DNA of 13,355 bases from positions 1-13,355 of the forward strand of contig JAYENL010000056.1 of assembly GCA_034722055.1 (NCBI GenBank), given 5' to 3'. The notes below the pieces were generated by a model. That model had not been told where the DNA came from, did not search any database, and worked only from the letters and a program-made list of their open reading frames with translations. Both the position numbers and the translations under genes were made by a program. This DNA comes from Armatimonadota bacterium. GTDB taxonomy: Bacteria; Armatimonadota; Zipacnadia; Zipacnadales; UBA5352. The first letter of the stretch is position 1, and each line of letters begins with the position of its first letter. Below are positions 1-6,276 of the stretch, in pieces.

Positions 1-120
1 CGATGCTGGAGCCTCAGACGGCCCCTCCGGACAGCAGACAGCGCATCGCCAGTCGCCACGAGGTGGGGAAAGGTAAGCCGCACGACGACACCACACTGCT
101 GAGCCCTTGCTCAACTCCAT
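1..120 (-). CDS. Possible 5' part of a further operon gene (hypothetical protein, truncated by the window edge)
   Basis: ATG at 120-118 is preceded by GGAGG (131-127). There are 40 open codons to the window edge (MELSKGSAVWCRRAAYLSPPRGDWRCAVCCPEG...), 38 nt after the ATPase stop and on the same strand. No recognisable domain. Confidence 0.35.
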   Translation of the reverse strand, partial: MELSKGSAVWCRRAAYLSPPRGDWRCAVCCPEGPSEAPAS

Positions 121-158
121 CGCAGGCCTCCTGCAGGATGTGAGTAATGCATAGCTGC

Positions 159-1331
159 TTAGGCGGGAACGATGACGTCCATCAGCTCCGCGTCATCGCT
201 CACCTGGGTCTCCTCAGCGAACACCGCCTGCAGGTGGACGTCGCCGGCGGCGTCGAACTTGGGTACGATCATGCCGATGTCCGCGTGCGACTGGCTGGCA
301 ATGCGCTCCGAGAGCTGCGTGAACTGCCGCACGTAGGCCCGGGCTACGTGGCGCACCGTGATGGTGTCGCGGTGAGCCAGCCGCCGGGCGCGCGCGAGCA
401 CGCCCTCGATCATGGCCGGCGTCAGGCAGTCAGCCACGCGCACCTCCACCGACGCATGGCCCTGCCGGCCGCGGGCCAGCACCGGGTCGGCCGTCAGCGC
501 GTCCCGCAGCCACTCGCCGACGCCGTCGGCGGCGTCCCACCGCGCGGTGTGGGCGACGACCACCTGCTCCACCATCGACAGCTCCAGCGGCGCGAACGTG
601 ATGTAGTCGCGCAGCCTGCTCTCATTCATCAGGGCCGGGTCGAACATGTTCGCGGTGTAGTTCGAGCTGGTGAAGAAGGTGGCGGCGATGTCCCCGTCGT
701 CGGCGAGCAGCTTCAGGCCCCGGAGCAGCTCCGAGGTGGTGGCCGCAGCGGTGTCGCCGCAGCCGCTGACCGCGCGCTGCGACCAGCGGCGGCTCTGCAT
801 CAGCGACGCCTCGGCATCCTCGCAGGCGATGAAGACGCGGTAGCCATGCTCCAGAGCCAGCTCCCGGGCCGTGGCGAACACTTCCCGGACGATCGCCTCG
901 GAGCGGCCGTAAAGCGAGTCGCGGAAGTGCCCCGGCGGCAGGTCGAAGTAGGCCAGCCTGCCGTCGCAGCGCTGGTCGATCTGGTTTACGGCCCACTTCA
1001 TCGCGGTGGTCTTGCCCACGCCCGTGGGCCCGGTGGCCACCACGAGGCAGCCGCCCTCCTCTGGCTCAAGCGTCGGCTCGATCACCGTCGTCTCCAGGTC
1101 CGTGCGCAGATCCTCAGACAGCACCACGTCGTGCGGGATGGATGGGATCTGGTATCCCGGGCGGCCCGTCTCGGGGATCGCGCTGCACACCAGCACACCC
1201 ACCGGATGGATCGATGACCCGTAGATTGTCATCCCCTCGCGCGCCCGCTCCGCGACCTCGTGGCTCACGTATACATCTCGCAGACGCTGCACCGGGGAGT
1301 CCGACCAGTTCGCCTTCAGGATTGCAGGCAT
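159..1331 (-). CDS. ARC/Mpa/PAN-like proteasomal-type AAA+ ATPase, divergent; C-terminal part of a split gene (partial OB domain + AAA module)
   Basis: Walker A GPTGVGKT; pore-loop region 'SLYGRSEAIVREVFATARE'; Walker-B position 'FIACEDAE'; sensor-1/SRH 'SSNY..MFDPALMNESRL'. The C-terminal 'VEVRVADCLTPAMIEGVLARARRLA...TVRHV' resembles the ARC/Mpa 'SGAMI.NVVDRAK' lid region. Start placed at ATG 1331 (AAGGAG 8 nt upstream); GTG 1340 is the alternative. Confidence 0.85.
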   Translation of the reverse strand: MPAILKANWSDSPVQRLRDVYVSHEVAERAREGMTIYGSSIHPVGVLVCSAIPETGRPGYQIPSIPHDVVLSEDLRTDLETTVIEPTLEPEEGGCLVVATGPTGVGKTTAMKWAVNQIDQRCDGRLAYFDLPPGHFRDSLYGRSEAIVREVFATARELALEHGYRVFIACEDAEASLMQSRRWSQRAVSGCGDTAAATTSELLRGLKLLADDGDIAATFFTSSNYTANMFDPALMNESRLRDYITFAPLELSMVEQVVVAHTARWDAADGVGEWLRDALTADPVLARGRQGHASVEVRVADCLTPAMIEGVLARARRLAHRDTITVRHVARAYVRQFTQLSERIASQSHADIGMIVPKFDAAGDVHLQAVFAEETQVSDDAELMDVIVPA

Positions 1332-1343
1332 CGTCGCCACTCC

Positions 1344-1883
1344 TTAGCTGAGACTGGGCTGATCCGACGTGACTGGCTCTCCGGCGTCCTTCGGCCCGGC
1401 GCCCACGGAGGCGACGCGCCCCTCCTCGGCGCCGAGTATCAGGCGGAACAGATCCAGGCGCTCGTCCGGCCAGTAGACCTCGATGATGAGCGCGCCCGAG
1501 GGGTCGAGCGAGGCCAGGGCCGGGCCCCGGGCCTCGAGCTCTTCAGGCGTGAGCACGGGGTCCTCCCCATCGCTCGGCGGGATGACCGATACCCGCTCGA
1601 ACTCCCCCCGGCCCCGAGAGATCACGAAGAAGCCGCCGCCGAGACCCATCATCACCGGCAGCAGCCGGTTGGGGCCCTGCTCCAGGGCCTCAATGAGCGC
1701 CTGGCGCTCCTCGACCTCCTCTATCAGCGCCTGGCGAGCCGCGCGTGCCTGGTCGGCCAGCAGGCGCGCGTCGCGAGGCCACTCGCACACCGCCACCAGC
1801 GCCTGCCAGGCCTGCTCCACGTCTTCGGCATCGGCGGTCACGAAGCGCTCGATCGCTTCGTTGGCGGACATCCGCTCACTCAC
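1344..1883 (-). CDS. Coiled-coil + OB-fold protein resembling the N-domain of ARC/Mpa/PAN proteasomal ATPases
   Basis: The GTG start overlaps the JAB stop (GTGA), with AAGGAG upstream. A heptad helix 'ARQALIEEVEERQALIEALEQGP' ends in Pro and is followed by beta strands 'FFVISRGRGEFERVSVIPP...ASLDPSGALIIEV', the CC-Pro-OB layout of ARC/PAN. Same reading frame as the downstream ATPase. Confidence 0.7.
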   Translation of the reverse strand: MSERMSANEAIERFVTADAEDVEQAWQALVAVCEWPRDARLLADQARAARQALIEEVEERQALIEALEQGPNRLLPVMMGLGGGFFVISRGRGEFERVSVIPPSDGEDPVLTPEELEARGPALASLDPSGALIIEVYWPDERLDLFRLILGAEEGRVASVGAGPKDAGEPVTSDQPSLS

Positions 1884-2932
1884 GATGTCACACTCTCCTT
1901 GGGGACGGGATCGGCACTGGTGGCGGCTTCCCGGACGGGCGGAAGGTGCTCGTCGCCCACCACCCAGAAGCCGCCCTCGGCGGACACCACGCCCGGCCGG
2001 CTGTAGCCGAAGGCGGTGAGGAGGACTCGCTCGTCGCGCGTCGCCGGCAGCGAGGCCACCCACGACGCCTGATGGGCGTGCGGCAGGCCCTGGCGAAGCT
2101 GCCGGAGGTCCACCGGCGAGAGATCCGCGGGACCGCGCACCGGCCCGGACTCGGCATCGTCATGCTGCTCCTCCGGCAACGCCGCGACCGGATGGCTGTG
2201 GATGATGGCGGCGGTGGGCGATTGCGCCGTCGTCTCCTGGGCGTCGGCGGAGACGTGCACCGAGCCGCTCGTGCTTTCGCCCACGAGCGGGGTGAAGTCA
2301 TCGTAGATGACGATGGGCAGGTGCTTGGTGCCCACCGGCGTGAGCGCGAGCTGACCGTGCAGCACGCCCATGCGCTCGGTGTCAACGTCGGCGCCGACGA
2401 AGTCAAGCACGCGCTCCAGCACCGTGGCGGCGAAGACGCGAACGAACAGCTCCGCCGGCTGTCCAAGGCAGACCCCTGCATTGAGATCGATCTCGACCAC
2501 CGGCGGGATCCGGATGCTGTGCCGCCACGGGGAGGGCTCCTCGCCCAGCAGCCGGATCCCGCTCGGTCCGCTCGGCTCATGGTCAGCCTCGTCGCAGATG
2601 ACCAGGCGGTAGTCCGCGATGTCGTCGGCCGGGCGGTCGTGGACCCCCACGACCTCCGCCCACACATCGTTGATCGCCGCCCGGACCAGCGCGCAGTCCG
2701 GGTCGATGACGCCCAGCAGCGACCCGTCGTCGAGGAAGGCGCCGAAGGCGATGGCCTGATCGCTGCCCGCCACCGACGCCGGCCTGACCTGCGCCTGCAG
2801 CTCGCCGGACCCATCCGCCGAGAGAGCCGCCACCAGCAGGAGCCGCTCCACGATGGGCGTGAACGTGTAGCTGGGCAGGAAGCCCGCGAGCTGCTCGCTA
2901 TCCGTGCGGCTGGTGAACTCGATCTGAACCAT
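1880..2932 (-). CDS. JAB/MPN+ (JAMM) metallo-isopeptidase with N-terminal extension (candidate deubiquitinase / Ubl maturase)
   Basis: JAMM motif: catalytic E in 'TERMGVLHG', then 'IIHSHP' and 'LSPVD'. Start at ATG 2932 with GAGGTG 6 nt upstream; the ORF track uses GTG 2941. Confidence 0.85.
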   Translation of the reverse strand: MVQIEFTSRTDSEQLAGFLPSYTFTPIVERLLLVAALSADGSGELQAQVRPASVAGSDQAIAFGAFLDDGSLLGVIDPDCALVRAAINDVWAEVVGVHDRPADDIADYRLVICDEADHEPSGPSGIRLLGEEPSPWRHSIRIPPVVEIDLNAGVCLGQPAELFVRVFAATVLERVLDFVGADVDTERMGVLHGQLALTPVGTKHLPIVIYDDFTPLVGESTSGSVHVSADAQETTAQSPTAAIIHSHPVAALPEEQHDDAESGPVRGPADLSPVDLRQLRQGLPHAHQASWVASLPATRDERVLLTAFGYSRPGVVSAEGGFWVVGDEHLPPVREAATSADPVPKESVTS

Positions 2933-2955
2933 CGCTGACACCTCTGTTGCGGCTG

Positions 2956-2988
2956 CTCCGGCCGACCGCGCATCGCGGCCGGCCGGAG
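2956..2988 (-). terminator. 15-bp RNA stem-loop between the Ubl and JAB genes (mRNA-stabilising or attenuating hairpin)
   Basis: Minus-strand RNA CUCCGGCCGGCCGCG-AUG-CGCGGUCGGCCGGAG. The only non-Watson-Crick pair is G-U on the transcribed strand. There is no U-tract, so this is not a classical intrinsic terminator. Confidence 0.5.
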
Positions 2989-2993
2989 TGCGC

Positions 2994-3275
2994 TCAGTTC
3001 CCCGTCAAGTCCTGCCTGAGGGTGACGGTGGCCTCGCCCGTCTGCAGGTTCTGGCTGATGGTGCGAGATGGGTCGAGGCGCTGCCCGTCGTGGTAGAGCG
3101 CGCTGCCATCCTGTGAGTCCAGGGCCAGGGCGGCCAGCTCCTTGGCCAGCTCGCCGGTAGGCTTGTCGCCATCCACCGCTGCGCGCAGCAGGGTCGCTCC
3201 CGAGCTGTCGAGTACGGTCAGCTCGATCTCGCCCTCCGCCACCTCAGGCGTCCTCAGCAGCTCCTGTGTGCTCAT
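2994..3275 (-). CDS. Ubiquitin-like beta-grasp protein (EsaB/YukD-like Ubl modifier)
   Basis: 93 aa with a ubiquitin-like pattern: 'IELTVLDSSG', helix 'PTGELAKELAALAL', 'LYHDGQRLDPSRTISQ' (cf. ubiquitin LIFAGKQLEDGRTLSD), final strand 'VTLRQDLTG-N'. ATGA overlap with the upstream gene, GGAGGTGA RBS, and E1/E2/JAB context. Confidence 0.85.
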   Translation of the reverse strand: MSTQELLRTPEVAEGEIELTVLDSSGATLLRAAVDGDKPTGELAKELAALALDSQDGSALYHDGQRLDPSRTISQNLQTGEATVTLRQDLTGN

Positions 3276-3754
3276 CCCGGTTCACCTCCCTTCGGCCAGC
3301 CCGGGCGCGCCGTCGCGGCCTCGACTGCCCGGTCTCCACGCACATCGATGTAGGCTCGCGCCAGCTCAGCATCACAGCACAGGGCCGACGCCCCCTCCAG
3401 GACCACGCGGCCCAGCGAGGTCAGCAGGTCCAGGAGCTGAGACGCGTCGGCAGCGTCGCCGCCCACCTGCAGGCAGATGGCGTCGTCCTCGCGCGCCGCC
3501 CAGGCCGCGAACTCGATCCCGCGGACCTGCCCCTGCACGGCCTGCAGGAAGGCCTCGGTCGCCGCCCAGCCCTCGGGGACGGGCTCCGCGGGCAGCAGAT
3601 GGAGCTGGGCGCGCAGCCGGCCGCCCTCCCGCACGGCCGTGCACCTGGCCAGCAGCGCAGGCCGCAGCGCCAGCCGCCCCGCCGCGATGCCGCCGCCGGA
3701 GTCCCGGACATCGGCCACGCCGGCGCGAGACAGATGGGCCACAAGCTCAGTCAT
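3272..3754 (-). CDS. Hypothetical protein within the Ubl conjugation operon
   Basis: 160 aa, overlapping both neighbours (8 nt with E2, 4 nt with Ubl), with a GGAGGG RBS. No catalytic motif recognised. Confidence 0.75.
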   Translation of the reverse strand: MTELVAHLSRAGVADVRDSGGGIAAGRLALRPALLARCTAVREGGRLRAQLHLLPAEPVPEGWAATEAFLQAVQGQVRGIEFAAWAAREDDAICLQVGGDAADASQLLDLLTSLGRVVLEGASALCCDAELARAYIDVRGDRAVEAATARPGWPKGGEPG

Positions 3755-4379
3755 GCTGAGCGCCTCCCTCCACCCCTGAGGTCAGAATCCGAACGCCGCA
3801 CGCCGCGGGCGGACCAAGCGGCAGGTCGAAGCCGTCCAGCGCGCCCTCGCGCAGCCAGCGCGCCACCCCCAGGGCCAGGGCGTCCGCGTCGGACAGGCTG
3901 TAGCTGCCCTCCTCGAAGCGCAACATCCGCACCAGGCTCATCGCGATGTCCGCCAGGTCGGTCTGATCGATCCGGAAATCATCCATCAGGCACACCCCGC
4001 CGGGCAAGCACGGGACGATGTGCGGGTGGAGCACTGGCGGATATGGTCCGGGCAGAATGAGCAGCCGCGGCGTGCCGTCCGGGGAGGCCAGCAGCTCCAC
4101 GCCCACGTTGATGACAGTGTTGACGGGACTGACCGCGTCCGGCGATTCCGGCCGCCAGAAGCGCGCCCGCAGACCACCCAGCAGGCTCCCAGCCTCCAAC
4201 GCGTCATCCGGCGGCGGCTCGTCGATGCCCAGGTAGCGCGCGGCCAGCGACAGGATGAACTTGGCGTCCTCGGAGCCCGCGCCGCGCATGACGCGGCGCA
4301 GCATCGCCGCCGGAAGCTGCTCGAGCGAGGCCGCCTGGCGGTCGAGATACGCGCGGCGACACTCCGCGTCAGAGCGCAC
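3747..4379 (-). CDS. Ubiquitin-conjugating enzyme E2 (UBC fold)
   Basis: 'PPVLHPHIVPCLPGGVCL' matches the UBC HPN(I)...G.VCL active-site motif, including the catalytic Cys. It is followed by helix 'LADIAMSLVRML' and 'ALALGVARWL'. Start at GTG 4379 (GGAGGTGA upstream); the ORF track uses GTG 4388. Confidence 0.85.
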   Translation of the reverse strand: MRSDAECRRAYLDRQAASLEQLPAAMLRRVMRGAGSEDAKFILSLAARYLGIDEPPPDDALEAGSLLGGLRARFWRPESPDAVSPVNTVINVGVELLASPDGTPRLLILPGPYPPVLHPHIVPCLPGGVCLMDDFRIDQTDLADIAMSLVRMLRFEEGSYSLSDADALALGVARWLREGALDGFDLPLGPPAACGVRILTSGVEGGAQHD

Positions 4380-5550
4380 GGGGCTCACCTCCCACGGTCA
4401 GCGGCGCCACGTGAACGAGGCCCTCCTCGGCCGCATCGCCGCACAGCTCAACCGACAGGCGCCTGCCGCCGTCCACCAGCTCCAGCACCGGCCACCAGGG
4501 CCAGCCGAGCGCCCGCGGCGACAGGTCCCGGACGGGCGCCAGCGCGACCGGCCCGCCCGCAGACACAATCTCACCGGCGACGATGTCGTCACTGCCGCAT
4601 GCCGCACACGACATCCAGCGCCCCAGGAGCATATGCGGCACCTCCGTGATCGCCTCGCAGGCGCTGCAGAACAGCACCCGCGCCGCCGGCCGGGGCAGGA
4701 TGACCTCCGCGTCGGTGCTCGTGTTGAGCGCCGCCTGTATCTCGCCGAAGCTGTCCTCCGACGACAGCGGCAGGCGAACGGACTCGTCGGGCTGGGGCGG
4801 CGGATCGGCCGAGCATACCGGGCAGTCCGCGCGCCGCTCCACCCGCGACCGCTCCGTCTCGCCCGCGGGATCGAGGTGGACCAGCTCCGCCGCCGCCGGC
4901 TCTCGGGCCGCCAGCTCCCCGGCGCTCGCCAGGGCGACGGCCGCCGCCAGGGCCGCGATGTGCGGCTGCGAGTTAGTGGGCGGCGGCTGGGCACGGTTGG
5001 CGACGGTCGCCTCCAGGCCGCGGAGGAAGCAGCCGGTACGCGGCTGCTCCGGATCGCGGCCGAGACACGCATAACAGGCGGCGGCATCGCCCGGGGGCGA
5101 CACGAACACCTCGGCTGCCGCCGGGCCCAGGCCCGTCGCCACGAACGGGAGCCCGTGGCGCGCCGCGACGGCCGCCAGGTAGCTCTGCGTTGCGATCGAA
5201 TCGGTGCAGGCCAGCAGCACGCCGCCCTCCGACGCAAGCCGGCGCCAGTATCCGTCGCCGACCGCCTCGGCCTCCGCAACGATCGCCAGCTCGGCGTCCA
5301 GCCACGGGAAACGCTCTGCGCGGTAGCGATGGACCGACTCGGCCTTATGCAGGCCGGGCTCAGACAGAGGAGGAATGATGTCCTGACCCGGCTCGGCCAC
5401 GTCGGGGTCGATGACATCCAGGCGCGACCGCGGGGCCAGCGCGGCCACGAAGCCACCGGACAGTCCCGCGCCGACCATGCAGGCGTGGATTGCGACGGCC
5501 TGGTCGAGGGTGGGGGTGACGGATTGGCGTGAGATGACGCGCACGGTCAC
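4369..5550 (-). CDS. ThiF/MoeB/E1-family Ubl-activating enzyme with C-terminal Zn-ribbon extension
   Basis: Rossmann GxGxxG 'VGAGLSG', 'IDPD', 'GLHKAE', 'ACTDS'; Zn pair CYAC...CPVC; candidate catalytic Cys in 'RTGC'; extra CSAC...CAAC in the C-terminal ~130 aa. GTG 5550 overlaps the upstream stop (GTGA). Confidence 0.9.
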   Translation of the reverse strand: MTVRVISRQSVTPTLDQAVAIHACMVGAGLSGGFVAALAPRSRLDVIDPDVAEPGQDIIPPLSEPGLHKAESVHRYRAERFPWLDAELAIVAEAEAVGDGYWRRLASEGGVLLACTDSIATQSYLAAVAARHGLPFVATGLGPAAAEVFVSPPGDAAACYACLGRDPEQPRTGCFLRGLEATVANRAQPPPTNSQPHIAALAAAVALASAGELAAREPAAAELVHLDPAGETERSRVERRADCPVCSADPPPQPDESVRLPLSSEDSFGEIQAALNTSTDAEVILPRPAARVLFCSACEAITEVPHMLLGRWMSCAACGSDDIVAGEIVSAGGPVALAPVRDLSPRALGWPWWPVLELVDGGRRLSVELCGDAAEEGLVHVAPLTVGGEPRAL

Positions 5551-6023
5551 GCGGGATCGCCCCCGTCCTCGAACCCGGCCCCGCACGCGAAGCAGCGGCG
5601 CGCGTCCGCACCTCCGCGCGCGCAGAAGGCGCTATCGGTGAGCATCCCGCAGCCGCAGATCAGGCAGGTGTCGCCGCTGGGGATGGGCTGGTGGCAGACC
5701 GGACACGTGCAGGCATCGGGCGCAGGGGCGGGACGCGGGCCGTGGGAAAGGAGGCGAGCGACGAAGGTGGTTCCATCAATGGACAGCGGCGCTGCAGCGA
5801 GGTCAACCAGCCCCCCGAGCACGGGGCGGCCGCGGCATCGCGCCCTGGCGCTGGCCGACGGGGCCAGGATCGCCCAGACCCTTGAGCCGCGAGGGGGGAG
5901 GACGAGCAGTAGACCGTCCCGTGCCGAAGCCGGGCCATGGGGGCCCAGCCACAGCGGCTCGCGGTCCAGCAGAGCCTCCGCGACGGTCGAACTGCGATGC
6001 AGGACCTGGAGGGCAACGCTCAT
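5547..6023 (-). CDS. Degenerate FHA-like domain + prokaryotic RING-type Zn finger (candidate E3 ligase)
   Basis: The C-terminal C-x2-C-x12-C-x-C-x4-D-x3-C-x9-C-x2-C (CPVCHQPIPSGDTCLICGCGMLTDSAFC...CFAC) resembles Prok-RING family 1. The N-terminal beta-rich region 'VWAIL...RCRGRPVLGGLVDL...LSIDG' resembles the C-terminal half of an FHA fold. Start at ATG 6023 (GGGAGGGGG 9 nt upstream). Confidence 0.7.
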   Translation of the reverse strand: MSVALQVLHRSSTVAEALLDREPLWLGPHGPASARDGLLLVLPPRGSRVWAILAPSASARARCRGRPVLGGLVDLAAAPLSIDGTTFVARLLSHGPRPAPAPDACTCPVCHQPIPSGDTCLICGCGMLTDSAFCARGGADARRCFACGAGFEDGGDPA

Positions 6024-6073
6024 CTCGTCCAGCCCCCTCCCGGCGGTAGCATCCATGACCGATGGACGGTTGC

Positions 6074-6101
6074 ATTATAGCGGGGCGACAGTCTGTGTCA
6101 A
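6074..6101 (-). promoter_or_regulatory. sigma70-type promoter for the Ubl operon
   Basis: Minus strand TTGACA (6101-6096), 16-nt spacer, TATAAT (6079-6074). Both boxes are exact consensus in otherwise GC-rich DNA and lie about 50 nt upstream of ATG 6023. Confidence 0.8.
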
Positions 6102-6175
6102 GGGCTCTTGCCAAATCGCACATTATAGAGCGTCGTAATCTCAGTCACTATGCTGCAGAAGTCAGCGAGACGATG

Positions 6176-6204
6176 TTGACGGGCAGGTGCTGTCCGGCTA
6201 CAAT
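6176..6204 (+). promoter_or_regulatory. sigma70-type promoter for the SorC-family regulator
   Basis: TTGACG (6176-6181), 17-nt spacer, TACAAT (6199-6204), upstream of the GGAGG RBS and ATG 6277. Confidence 0.75.
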
Positions 6205-6276
6205 ACGGCCGGCAACCTCGAGCAATGGCGAGGACGAACCGCGGCACACGACGGCTGGGGGGCTGGAGGCACAAGC

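Noticed and set aside
147..5885. Long plus-strand ORFs (147-1217, 1260-2006, 1745-2938, 3266-4060, 4255-5532) and alternative minus-strand frames
   Set aside because: These are shadow ORFs of high-GC DNA, Arg/Pro/Ala-rich with no motifs, overlapping well-supported minus-strand genes.
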